A DNA stretch of 64,000 nucleotides from Podarcis melisellensis (taxonomy: Eukaryota), in assembly GCA_964234715.1 (NCBI GenBank), contig OZ174282.1. One strand, given 5' to 3'. Made by a program: the position numbers and the translations under genes. The stretch's first letter is position 1. Every line of letters begins with the position of its first letter. Below, in pieces: positions 25,476-39,600 of the stretch. Under the pieces are notes generated by a model. That model had not been told where the DNA came from. It worked only from the letters and a program-made list of their open reading frames with translations, and did not search any database.

Positions 25476-28400
25476 CATCACTAAGGACTTCCCCAGTTTT
25501 GCAGCCTCTTCCTTCTCTACTAGGAGGCATTGACCAAAAATATGATTAAAACCCCAGGTTTTCCAATAGTCAATAGCTATCATAGCCCCATTGAGGAACT
25601 CTCTTTCTCAGCACTCTCAAGGAACAGCACAGGCCTGCTTAACTTTATAAGCAGTTGCTTTGCCCCTGTTTCCACAGTTATGTAGGTCAATAAAGGTTCT
25701 TGCTGTTATCGCTGTGTCTTGACTCATGGAAACCCACCTACACCAGATATATTCTTCCCTTTCCATTTCTTGCTCTTAGTGAGGGTCATGCTGGCAAAAT
25801 TGTCACACCCATGTTTCCATAGGCTTTCTAAAACAGGGACTCTTTCACTCTTTGGGTCAAGGGCAGTGTGCTCTGTAGTAGTTGCTGCCTGCTTAACTTG
25901 TAATTTTGCTGTCTGAAGCAACATTTATATATTCTGTCACTTGTATTTCCTACAATAAACCAAGCTTTCTTTATTCCTTGGGGTGAGAAATTATTGTGGG
26001 CATGAGGTTAAGGGTTAACACATAACAAGCACATGTCATAACTCCAGCAAAATATCCTAAACCTATCTTTAGTGTGTGTGTGAATACACATGAGTGCTAG
26101 ACATGCATGTGGGTTCAAAACACATACTGTTACCAGAATAGATGTGCTTCTGTGTCGGCTTGCTGGAATAAGAACTACCAGAAGTGGCACATGGAACAGG
26201 TACATGTATATGACACATCCATATATGTCTCGCCCTTTGTTTGTCTGAATTCCACACTTGCAAGAGGAACAGGCTACCAGGAGCGGCCACACCCTTGCCA
26301 AGGAAGACTCAGAGGCAAGAGATGGTGGCCATAACTTGGCATTCCCTCTGCCAACTCACCTCCACTTTTTTCTCTGGCCGGAGCTGGCCTCGCTCCGTAA
26401 AGCAGATGAAGGCAGCATAATCTTTGTTCTCCTGCTGCTCACAGACCCACTGGAAAGAGTAGGTGGCATTGGTGGGGTTCATGATGGCAAAGCTCCTACC
26501 CAAGACATGGAAGAAGTGACATCAGAGACATGTTAGGCTGTCAGCTAATTTGGGGGGGGGGAGTCTAGTTGATTGATCACCTGTCTTTTAAGAAACCAGT
26601 TCAGTAACAAATTGCATTTATGTACTTTTGCATAGTTGTTGTTGTTGTTTAGTCGTTTAGTCGTGTCCGACTCTTCGTGACCCCATGGACCAGAGAACGC
26701 CAGGCACCTCTGTCCTCTACTGCCTCCCGCAGTTTGGTCAAACTCATGCTGGTAGCCTCGAAAACACTATCCAACCATCTCGTCCTCTGTCGCCCCCTTC
26801 TCCTTGTGCCCTCCATCTTTCCCAACATCAGGGTCTTCTCCAGGGAGTCTTCTCTTCTCATGAGGTGGCCAAAGTACTGGAGCCTCAGCTTCACAATCTG
26901 TCCTTCCAGTGAGCACTCAGGGTTGATTTCCTTCAGTATGGAGAGGTTTGATCTTCTTGCAGTCCATGGGACTCTCAAGAGTCTCCTCCAGCACCATAAT
27001 TCAAAAGCATCAATTCTTCGGCGATCAGCCTTCTTTATGGTCCAGCTCTCACTTCCATACATCACTACTGGGAAAACCATAGCTTTAACTATACGAACCT
27101 TTGTTGGCAAGGTGATGTCTCTGCTTCTCAAGATGCTGTCTAGGCCTGTCATTGCCCTTCTCCCAAGAAGCAGGCGTCTTTTAATTTCGTGGCTGCTGTC
27201 ACCATCTGCAGTGATCATTGAGCCCAAGAAAGTAAAATCTCTCACTACCTCCATTTCTTCCCCTTCTATTTGCCAGGAGGTGATGGGACCAGTGGCCATG
27301 ATCTTTGTTTTTTTGATGTTGAGCTTCAGACCATATTTTGCGCTCTCCTCTTTCACCCTCATTAAAAGGTTCTTTATTTCCTCCTCACTTTCTGCCATCA
27401 AGGTTGTGTCATCTGCATATCTGAGGTTGTTGATATTTCTTCCGGCAATCTTAATTCCGGCTAGGGATTCATCCAGCCCGGCCTTTCGCATGATGAATTC
27501 TGCATATAAGTTAAATAAGCAGGGAGACAAAATACAGCCTTGTCGTACTCCTTTCCCAATTTTGAACCAATCAGTTGTTCCATATCCAGTTCTAACTGTA
27601 GCTTCTTGTCCCACATAGAGATTTCTCAGGAGACAGATGAGGTGATCTGGCATTCCCATTTCTTTAAGAACTTGCCATAGTTTGCCGTGGTCGACACAGT
27701 CAAAGGCTTTTGCATAGTCAATGAAGCAGAAGTAGATGTCTTTCTGGAACTCTCTAGCTTTCTCCATAATCCATAGTACCATAGGCTTAGTGCAAGGATA
27801 TAACTTAATTGCATAGTACCAAAGGCTTAGTGCAAGGATATGTGCTTGGTTGTTGGTTTTTTGTGGTTTTTTGTGGTGAAGTACAACACAATTTATTTCT
27901 TAAAGCTGTCACTCATTTTAGAGAGAAATACTATTTTTAACATTTGATTTTCTTTCCCTTTACAGTAACAAGCCTATCAGACAGCCACATAAAAAATAAG
28001 CAAGGGTGCCTTCATTTTCAGAATGCTACTGATTAAAAGTCTGCCCCCACAAGTGAATCAAATAAACTTGAATTGATTAATCTACTTATCACATCAATAT
28101 AAGCTTGAAGTCTGGATGCAAATAAAAGTGTCTGATTCACTAATTCAGGATGGGGGTCACTGTCAGCCAGAACCCAAGATATTGGGTGAAGTTATGAAAT
28201 TCACAAGCTTGACTCCTGACTTTTATCAGATAAGTGACATGCTTTATATGAAGAAAAACAAAGGTAAAGGTTCCCAGAAGCCAAAGCATAAACAATAACA
28301 AGACCAATTTATTACATCAATAAAGATACAGCAAAACAACCCAAATAATATTAATCAGAAGAGGGAACACCAGTTGAATAATCCATTTTGACAAATCTTT

Positions 28401-31400
28401 TTCAATAGCATCTATTTCCTCAACGGTCCTTGGAGGCAGTGATAACATCCAACTACTGAGGATATATCCTTATTCCTCTTGTGCTTTTCTGCTGTTAAAC
28501 TTTCTTTTTTCTATGTAGGTGCTTTTGCACTGATGCAAAATTTTCAGATGTTAGCAAATCTTCCAAGGTAGCTGCTTCAGACCCTCTCCAGAGTCATGAC
28601 TGGCACTGGTGTGTCATGCAGGAAGGAGAAATAGCAAAAACGCAGCCATGGAATAAACTGCTGCACCAGCAGCCCCACCATCCTGGGCATGCAACACTGC
28701 CAAAGGGAAAGCAGCTCTCTCGGCTAAAAGCCCAAGCCCAAGGGATGTTCCCAGTCACTGCTTAGAGCACCTATGACTGTTTGAATGAAGCAGTCAATGC
28801 AAAGAACTGACTGGATACTCACCGGGTGTTCCTGACGTACACTCCTATAGAGGTAAATTCAATCACTTTGGTGTTGGCATCCAGGCTCATCCCACCAGGC
28901 CCTCGCAAGTCTTGGTTGCGTCTGTGCGCAGTGATGTAATTGGAATCTTCCAGCTCAAAATGACAGTAGGGCAGAAGGCTCTTCGCCTTCACAGCCACAA
29001 CTGGGCCTTCCTCATCAGGCTTCAGGTTAGAAATACTGAAAGGAAAAAAGACCCAGGTTGACAGGGAATATGAAAATTAATTTCTGGGACTCCCTACCCC
29101 ACACATGGCATGTGATCCATCTTTTCCCCACAAGGAAACTCTCTTGCTATTTTTCTGCCTCTTTGGCAGTGATCACCACCCTTTCTGGACTAACAAATCC
29201 CCATTTTACTCAGTTTCTCACCAAGCATTATGCACATTTGCATCTGCTGGCATTCCAAGGCATGAGCAAAAGCTTCACCCGCATTTTGTCCCACTGAGCA
29301 GATATATACATACTATTCAGATAAGTTCAGCATTTGACTGGTGTAGGCCTCCACTGCATAAGGCTCAACTACTTGTGGCACTGTCGGGGAGAGTCAAAAC
29401 TCTGTTGTTGGAGGCCTTTCCCCCCTATTTATGGGAACACTTGAGCCGCCACCGTCCCAAGTCCATCAAAAGAGGGCAAAGAAGTAAGAGGAAACCTGTG
29501 TTGCTGCCTCTGCACTGCTCCTCCTCCCCTGGATTCAGAGAGACAGTGTTGATGCCAGAAAGATAGTGACTATAATTTCTGTGCAGTCATACAGAACAAA
29601 GTTCAGAGCCTTCTAAACCTAGGTAATAGCCATTTTGTTAGGAAGTCACAGACCATGCTGCCTGCCTCCCACCGAACACCACAGCAGCTGTGTAAGGAAG
29701 CACTCAAGGTGAGAGCAAGATGTAACAACATCTGCAGTGTCGGGAAGATTTGCTCTCTCAGGACTTGTGGATGGCATTTGTCGGAAGTCTCCTTACCTGC
29801 AGAGTAGGCGGCCCTCAAACTCTCCCACTTCCTGAGGACAGAATTTCACCTGGAGGGTCTGGGAGGTCTTAGGAAGGATGGTACCACATTTGGGCTCCAT
29901 GAAGAAGGGGGCTCCAGTGGCTGATGGGGACACGTAGGAAGAAAGGCTGTCCGCCATACTCTCAAAATGACTGAACCGTCGGCTGGACCCGGTCTTGATG
30001 GAAGCAACAGATGGAACTTCCGCTGAGTTGAAGGAAGAATTTGGTGAGACAACTGCTCCTCCTCAATGCATTATTCAAAGCAGCATTTTGTGACCTTCCA
30101 TTTATTTTCCACATCTGGACGTTATGGCTTGTTATGAACTCATCTACCAGGGCAAACATCTCTGGGACTTGGTGTGCAAGTTTGCCCTGGCCAGTGCCCT
30201 TCATGCTCCAGAGAATGTTATGGGGAAGAGGTGATGGCAACAGCAAGCACTTGAGACATAGAGTAAAAATGCCACGTTTAGGGTTGGCCTGGAAGCTGCA
30301 GCTTGGACAGAAGCAGTGAAATGGCATAACTGAGTGGTGTTGTCGACTGTGAGCAAGAAGCACCACTTTTAAAAGAACTGTGCTGCCTGCGTGTTTGCTT
30401 CTGGGCCAAGTCCTTAGCAAGCTTGGCCTAGGTTATGTGGAGGAAAGTCTTCTTGCAGATAGACCCGTCTCTCTGCTTAGATAGTCAAATGAAGTTGTAT
30501 TGTAGCTGCTGAGATCTATATTGTGATAACTGGGGAGGGGTGGTGTGCTGCTTTTCTGTTGTGATGCTGTTTTAAAAATTGTCCTGCTTAATCTGGATGC
30601 ATTTATTGCATTTTAATGTTGTAGTGAAGTTAGGAAAGACTTTACTACAAATGTGCTGGGGTTTTTTTAATAGAAAATGTATTTATATGCTTGTGAACTG
30701 CCAAATAAATGTTTTAAATAAGCATACAGACAAGCTAAAAGTTCCCCATTAACTCTCTAGAAAGCATCCCCTGGCAAGTAACTCCCTTCTGGCTGATGCA
30801 GCTACTGTTGTACCTGTTGCAACCTGCCCTGAATGTCCCAGGCAAATATATGAACAGTCTTGAAAGATCCAAAAAGATGAGAGGAAAGGGCCAACAGGCA
30901 GGGGTGTGTGATGTTCCACAAGCTAGAAGAGAAGAATCTGAGGATGTTCTCAAGGCACCTGAGAAGTGGTGGAGAGCCTGAGAAGCCCACTAAGGCTTAC
31001 CTGTTGCACCTTCTGGGCTGGGGGCCAAAGCCTCAGTAGCAAAGTTGACTGCCCTCCCAGTCTCCTCCATGACCACATTCCAGGTGTATTCTAGCCACAC
31101 GTTCCCTGTATTAGACAGCTCCACACTGGTAGAACAAGAGGGCAGAGAGAAAGGGAGGAAATTGGGAGATCTGGGTCAGAACAAAGGAAATAGAGGAGTC
31201 ACTGTGCTCTGGTCACATATACTTAATTCTCTTCATCACTAAGTTTGGTGAAAACAAGGTGGCCTGAAGCATGAATCAGCCATGGGAATGCAGGTATATG
31301 TGCCCAGAACACTGTAAGGTAGGGGAAGCTGGACTCCACAAAAAGGGGGTCACAAAAATAGAAGGCAGCCTCTGAACAAGATTCTGCATATTTGTTACTC

Positions 31401-34400
31401 ACTCGTACACCCTCGTCTGGAACAGCAAAGTGTCCTTGAAGTTCACTGTCTCCACTTCCATTTTGTATTGTGCGTAGTCCACAGTGGCACTGACCCAGAG
31501 CTCCAGTTCTCGGCCACTGTCTTCCACAGTCGTGTGAGCAGGTTCCGGATCTGTCTCAATCACCTACACCAACAGCAAATAGGAAGCAGCCACAATAGGA
31601 AGCAACCACAATAGGAAGCAACCACAAGGTGGCTTGTTTCCAACCTTAAGAACGTAAGAACAGCCCTTCAGGATCAGGTCAGTTGCTCATCTAACCCAGC
31701 ATCCTGATCTCATAGTGGTCAAGAGGAAGCCTGCAAGCAGGAATCAAGTGCCACAGCACTGTCTTCCTCCTATGGTTTCCATTAACTGGTATTTAGGGGC
31801 ATTACTACCACCAGCAAGTGGATGGAGGCACAAGGAGAGGCCACTTTGCCAGTGAGATTCAGCAAAGGAAACAACTCACGTCCCAGTTCAGCAAGCAGCT
31901 TCAAGATGTCAAGCTTTTGTCTAATCTTAGCTACAGCAGCTCAGTAAACAAAGTAGGACAATGTCACAGGTCAGGTGATAAGGAAGTAACTCATTCCAGG
32001 CAATATGTAAATCCCAAAAGGACAGGCTTCATTTTCATCACCCATTAGATCTGGGAAGAAAATAGCATTTGTTTCCTTTGACATCTCCAGATGAGAGTGT
32101 AGCTCGTGAACCCAGAGCCCAACAAGTGCCAGGTGAGGTTCATATCTGGCAAGGCAGCAAGCGGAAGAATAAAACTGCAGAGAAACCTCCTGAACAGCAA
32201 AAGGCTACAACAGGTCATGTGACAAATCCTGAGCTGTACAACATGTGCAACATAAAGAAACTCCCCTTGTCTTGGACCTAGAATCCTCTTTCCCTTGATG
32301 CAGAATTCAGCCTTGTTCAATTCAGCTCCATCAGTGCCTGCACGAGACCTCTCTGAGCACCTCTTTGTTCCCTTGTTTCTTACCTTCTTCTTAGTTGGGC
32401 GTGTTGTCGTGATACTTTTTGAGATGTCCACCCATTTGACAGTGTGGAGGCGATCATCCCAATCAGGCACTTGGTCAGCTGGCAACTGAAAGGCAATCTT
32501 GGTCACCTTGCACTTGATGGCCTGTTCTTTCAGTGTGACAGGGAGGCTAGATTTCAAGGTCACTGTGATGTTTTTGGTGCACCCGCTGTGGAGATGGCCA
32601 ACCTAGGGGAGTGGTGTGGAGCACCAGAGAGTCAGATGTTGGCAAGATAACCAAGGAGAAATAGCAGGGTCATAAAAGACCTGCATTGATCACTGGACAG
32701 CCCTGAAAGTAAACTGAGTGCATGTTGATGGTGACCTGCACTTTTCTCCTAAGGGATTAATTCAGCACTGGTGAAAAGCACAATGGCAGTTTCAGGCTGC
32801 AACCTCCCCTGTATGATCTTCAACACGCTGAAACATATTTTCATTCCAGTTGGGATTACATGTGGCAATTCCACACTAAACAATTGTGGAAGCCTGCCCC
32901 CACCTTTGGTAACAATGGAGCCTGCAAGAGATAAGTGGGGTGCAAAGCCTTGGGCCTCTGGGAGCTTTGGCAGCAAAGGAGAATTGAGGACAGGGGTACC
33001 TCCACCTACCTGTGGGGAGAAGTGAAGTGGACCCGAAGTCGGCCATTCAAATCTCATCACATCTGACTTGCTGTGGTTGGTTATGGTACATGATGCCTGA
33101 TAGGACCTGCCAATGTGACAGTCCCCAAACTGGATGCAATCTATTCGGGGAGCTGTGGGGAAAGAGGCCAGGTGTTCTGAACAAGGGCAGCTTTTGTTGC
33201 CTCCCAGTGATAAAGACATTGTCACAAGGTGTAGCTTCTTACTTCCCACTTGCCTTCTTGATCCTTGAAGCCCCTTTGCCCATTAGCTGAATTCAAACGC
33301 CACACTCAACCATGGTATGCACTGAACGTTAAGAACCCACATCATGGTTTGAACATCCATATGCATAGCTGGCAAACTACGGTTTGGAGCTGCTTGCCTG
33401 CTTTTGTTTTCCATCTGCTTAGAACTCAGGTTTCTAAGTTCACAAGTTTGCTTCCACTATGGCTAAAAGACTAATATGACTGATAGCGGAGCTTCATGTA
33501 GCTTCATGCTCTGGCACCGGGGTGCGGAGAGCAGGCAGGGGCATGGCATGCCGCCTGTGGGGACGTGGTGCCCAGATTGGGCTGGGGGGCAGCTGCGATG
33601 GCAACCCATCAGGATCGTGCTGCCTGGGGTGGTGCGCTCCCCCCGCACTCCTCTTCCTCCACCACTGCTGGAACCATAAATCTATGGCCCCTTTTAATCA
33701 ATGGGTAGAATATATGACAACTGTTGCAACATACAAACAAATAGCTTATAGACATAGACTGTTTATGGATCACTATTATGACATTTGGAAGCCATTTATA
33801 AAAAATATAGTAGATTATAAAAAACTGTGTATGTATTAGAATATTAATTTCATTTATATGCCTTTGTATTAGATAAGTATGTATGTCATTAAAGTGTGTT
33901 CCCCCCCTTTTATGCACCATTTGTTTCATTTTTTTGTTTTCCACTTTATTTTGTTTAATTGAAATATTTTCAATATGATAATATGATAGCCTTCACATCA
34001 CAAATGTTTACCACATTAGTTGGGTCTACTTATGCATCAGATGTGAATACAGTTACTAGTTTTTATTCTGTAGTAGAATTATATTCTTGAGACATAAAAA
34101 AATAAAGTTGGCCTCGAGACCTGTCCATGCAAGAAGAATTATTGTTTGTCTTATTATCCCAGCATAGAATCTTCAAGTTCTGGGTAAGATTTTGCTCTGA
34201 GGAAATCCATTGCCTCAATTAACTGTTAATCTGTGATCAGCTAGGTATGGCCAGCACATTTTGGGAGGATCTCTAAACAAGGCAACATTTGTCACCCATT
34301 GCTAGCGGTCCCACCCCCAGTTCACTGAAGCACCTCCCCTTTCTCTCACCCTCGGCTATGTTCTCTTCCAGATGTCTTTCAGAATCAGTCTCCGTAATCA

Positions 34401-36566
34401 AGCTGTGGATGTTGTCCAGCACAACATCATCCTGGTAGCCCTCGCCCACCATTTGGATGCTGGTCTCCTCGTACTGATTATCCACAATAGAGAGGTGGAT
34501 CAGTCCTTCAATGCGCTGTGCCAAGGTGGGTTGGAAAACCACATCAAACTCAGCAGACTCCCCATTGTGCAGGATAAGAGAGGCCATGTGAGGTTTCCTG
34601 ACTATGAAAGGACAAAGGAAATAGGAGACCAAAATATCAGAATTCCTCCTCCACAAGGCCCAGAGATCTCGGGGAGAAAGTAAAGGCCCTTCCTTTGCTT
34701 TTTGTTTACGAGACCTTCAGCTGTACCTCTGCAGATATTTTGTTCAGGCAGCCGTCTCAGTGCTCTGGACAAGGGGCTAAAAGGAAGCCAGTGCCACAGG
34801 GAGCCCCACCCACCTTTCCACAGCTACTGCGCCCTTGCCATGGTAGCAGGTATGTGTCATTTACCTCCCTCGCTGGGTTCATTCTCCTCATTCTGAGAAG
34901 TCATATAAATGCACTTGGTAGTGGGTCTGTGTTTCAAAGTGAAAGCACAATTTTCATCTGAGATGTTGAGAAACAGCTGGGGAAAGGGACAAAACAAGAA
35001 AAGCAACACAGCCATGAGTCCTGGGAGACCATTTAGATCCAGACAGCACCTTGGAATACTATCAAACAGGCAGAACTTTGCCTGACAGCCTTTTCTGTAA
35101 ATTCTTAACATCCAGATGTATAAGGTAACCAATTCAGCCTATGCTGCTATGAAACCCTTTAATTCATTAATCTAGGGATAGGAAACTGCTGACCTCCAGG
35201 CCAGATCTTGTTCCCAGGATATTTAAGTCAATCCTGCACCACCCTCTCCCCCTTGGCTCTGGCATGGTCTGCTGTCTCGGCAGATACTCATGAAAGCTTC
35301 CTGGAGGCAGCTTTTGAGCCCTTTGATGAATGAACCCTGGGTAGCTTGAAAAACACATGGAAGAAGAATGCAGCTGGGGAAAAATAGAGAGCTACTTGGA
35401 CAACAGTGGAGGGGAGGCAGCCTGGGGAGTGACACCATCCACCATCCACCCATTCTCCTGGGCAGCCTCACTCAGCGGCACACCCCAGTGGCAGCAATGG
35501 TGGCCAAGAGTTGCTTCCTCAAGGGCTAGCCCTCAGATGGGATGTGTGGCAGAGTGGAACAAAGAACAAGAAATAAGAACAGGAGGGTTGGGTGATGGCA
35601 GCGGAACTACTCTCTTTCTTTCTCTCGCTCTCTCTCACTCTCTCATATATCCCAAAGATCTCAGAAGCACCAAATCAGAGCAGGGCATTTAGAGTAGCTG
35701 TCCCTGTGACCGGGGTGGTGGGAAGAAAGTGAAAAGCTCTCCCCGCATGTATAAAAAAAGCCCATGACTTCCCCTTCCATGCTGACTTTTAAATGCCTGT
35801 TGAAAACCTTCCTATTTCCCCAGGTGTATGCAGGCAATACATTCTTCCACAATGGTTAACTGATGCCTCTTTTTCACTTTTCATATGGTTTTTCATTTTT
35901 GTTTCGTTTTATTGCTGTAAACCACTTTAATATATTTTAACAACATATGTATTACTTATTTATTTAGAAAAAATATTTATAAGGGCACTTTATGGACCAC
36001 ATAAGAGCAACGTTGCCATGCCCAAAGCTGCCTACCTGGACTAGGATGCTGCCACAGTTCTTAAAGACCAGAGGAAGGATTTCTGTATGGCCCAACAAGA
36101 GCCTCCTGAAGAGTAGGAGTGGGTTCCCTTTCTTATTGCGGAGCACAGGGCGCATGATGGTGACCTGAGGGAGGTTGCCATCCCCAGTGACCTCAAAGGA
36201 TAAATTCCTTGACTTTGCAACCACACTGAAAGTAAGAGACAAGGGAACACATTGCATGTCTAGAAGATGGCCCAAAGGAACCACCACCTTTCCATCAGCC
36301 ATGACTGGGATACCTGGGTGGTGCATCAACAGCAGCCTCAAAAATGCATTGGTAGTTTTGCATGCTCTGCGGTGAGAAGGTCAGGCTTGTGAAGGCATGT
36401 GAACGGCTGGCAATGCACATCCGCACTGGTTGGAGCTCAAAGATGTCACTGATCCGGAAACTGGACTGTAGAAACATCATACAGCTGGTGAAGCTTCAAA
36501 AACCACTCACAGAAAGCCCCCTCCCTGAATAAGAGGATGTGGAGACTGACAGGACACTTCCTGGAC

Positions 36567-36621
<55 letters not shown>

Positions 36622-39600
36622 TTTATTATTTATACCCCGTCCATCTGGCTGGGTTTTCCCAGCCACTCTGAGCGGCTTACAGCACATACAAAATTGTAAA
36701 ACATTAGACATTAAAAATTTCCCAAATGTCTTCTAAGAGTCAGGTAGTTGTTTATTTCCTTGATATCTAATGGGAGGGCATTCTACAGGGCAGGCACCAC
36801 TACCAAGAAGGCCCTCTGCCTGGTTCCTTGTAACCTCACTGCCAGATGTCCCTCGGAGCTGGACCTCAGTGTCTGGGCTGAATGATGGAGGTGAAGACAC
36901 TCTTTCAGGTACACTGGGCTAAGACCATTTATGGCTTTAAAGGTCAGCACAAACACTTTGAATTGTGCTCAGAAACATACCAGGAGTCAATGTAGGTCTT
37001 TCAGGACCAGTGTTAGCCTGATTCCTTCCAAGCTGCCGCCAGCTCAGCCAATGCAGCAAATGCTGCCATGACTGATTTAGCAATGGACCCAGTTTGCTAT
37101 GATAGGGGCAAACATATAAGCCTTCCCTGTATTTCTATAACAAGCTTCCACATGAAATTCCTAGACCATTAATTTTATTCTGTTTCAGCTATGTACATGG
37201 TGATTTCTTGGGTTAAATAGAGATGGGCAAACTTTTTGCTTACCCCTGAGGACCATATGCAGCCACATATGGTGGAGCGCATGATGGTGGGCATGGCCAT
37301 TCATTCCTATGTACACTCTTGCAGAGAGAATATAGATGGGGAAAGCGAATCCTCCCCATGCTCCAGTCTTCCCATCGCAGTCATGTAACTTACATGCCCT
37401 AGCCAACCCTTGCAGGGAACTGGCTACAGGAAGCACAAGGAAGGGAATCTGTTTTGTGGTAAGCAGTCAGGCAGGGGGAAATAAAAACATGGTATCAAAG
37501 CTAGCAGTGGAGGAATATTAGGAAGATTGCAAGAGAGACCCATTATGGCCACCTGGAGCTGTGTTAAATAAATACAATCTTAACTCCCAATCTAAGGGGC
37601 GGTGGCAGCAGCAACAGCAGCTACCACACAAAACCACCACAGCACAGCAGATGCTCTCACCTTGGAAGAGATGGACTTTACGCTAAAAACCACATCACAG
37701 GGGATTCGGCCAGTGTTGCAGATCTTGAACCGGGCAACTGCCTGGTGCCCAACCAAAACGTTATTGAAGATGAACTTGTTTTCATCAGTCACAAACACAC
37801 ACTCGCATCCTATGGTCTTCAGAACCTGGCTGAGGTTGCTGCTGTTGCAGATTCGATGCTCCTCAAAAATGCTCCCCATGTCATCCATCACAAAACCTTG
37901 GGGAAATACAGTGAGGACAACTTAATTACAGATTGAAGTTGAGATAGGACAGAGCAACTCTTCCAAAAGTAATTATTTATCATTCCTTTCACAGGGCTTC
38001 AGGGGAAGGAGGGCTACTCCCTAGAATAACATCACAGGACAAAATAAATCCCTCCCTCCCTGCAGATGGCAGGCAAAATGAAAGAGACTCAAGAGATTAG
38101 TTCTCCTTCCAGCTGTGATGGTTTCAGAGCTGCTACCATCACCTACCTGGGACACATGATTCTGCAAGCAGACTGTACTGAATGCCACCAGGGTTGTCGT
38201 CGGGGTCTCGGTCAGTGATCTCTATGTTCATGTACTCCTCAAATTTCCCTACTGCATCTGCAATGCAGTCCACAGTGATGGTCTGATGGCCTCCCGGAGG
38301 AATGGTTCCAAATCCAGGGGAGACGGTGAATATGCCAAGGGAGAAGCGAGCCTATGGAGAGAGCCCAAGCAGGAGGCAGCCTTCACTAAAGCTGCCACTG
38401 AACCAATACAGGTAGTGCTGTACCAGCTATTTTGGGTCTGCTTCCTATAGAAGCAGGTGAAAGAGACAGTTGGCAACGTAAGGAAGCTGCACTTTGCAAA
38501 CCTTACACAGGTGCAGCAGTGTGCCCAATGCTGAGGATGCTGAAAGCTGAGGACCAAATCAGAGCATCCAGTCCTACTTGCTCTTCCTTCCTGGAGTCCA
38601 CTAATGTGGAACACCCAGGGAGGGAGAGGTTGTTCCCAAGGAATGCTGTTCTCTGCCTCCTCTCCCTGGTTTCCTTTTCTGAGAACAGCACTTGCCAAGG
38701 TGGCGCACGTGTGCTTGTTTAGATACTTGATTTAATTCATTCATTGGTCTCTAACAAAGCATCTCAAAGCAACTAACAACAGTAATGTCCATATAGATGC
38801 AATTCACAAAGTTACAACATTGAAAACCAGCAAGGTATTGGAAGACTCTAGATAACTCTGGGACTTAATATTAATGGACAAACTGGCAACCCACATCCAA
38901 GAGAGTCGAACAGACAAAAAAAAAATACTTTCAATCAACCCGGCATAGTTTTATTACATGGGCAACATCAAGAGAACATGGATATAGGCCTCCAAGAACA
39001 CACGGCAACTTGTAGAATGATACCTTTTCTTAAAAACTGAAGTGACTTAAACGTTAAATGTAACTAAGTAGACATTTGGTGCTTGGGGGTGGGGTGGGCA
39101 ATTGCTGAATATTGATTGCTGCTGCTTGTATAAATAAGTGAAAACAATAACATATTTGGCAATACCATTCCCACCCAACCTCCCCCAAACAGTAAGATGT
39201 CTCACATTTGCTCAACAGGAAACACTATCCCTGCATGGCTAGAAGGTCTGAAGGACAAAGAATGAGGAAAGAATAGCTCCCAAGGAGCCTAGAAAGAGCA
39301 CAAGAGACCCAGGCGCCAGACCCAGAGCTCATGGGGATGAAGGGGAAGCAGGCCCCTGCCTACCTGCACCACCATGGTCACATCCTTTTGCATGGATTCT
39401 GTGCGCTTGCTTTGCCTTCCCAGCTGAGCCGTCTGCCGGCCAAGGTAGACATCACTACAGCGGGAGGTCTTCTCATGAGAGGGTCTGCAAGAGAAAGTGG
39501 ATACAAAATACTTCCGGATGGGGGTGTAGACTCCAGCCACCACTCCAGAGCCTGACTTTGCTACAGTTGGGAAGAACTGAAATATGCATCTTATTGGGGA

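Noticed and set aside
26677-27618. 313-aa plus-strand ORF
   Set aside because: Antisense shadow of the BovB RT frame
34597-34600. Alternative cag acceptor 4 nt inside a HYDIN exon
   Set aside because: Would shift the frame; the tag acceptor at 34603-34602 fits the upstream phase-1 donor
24835-36736. ORFs with poly-Y, poly-I or (HT)n tracts
   Set aside because: Translations of (AAT)n and (CA)n microsatellites
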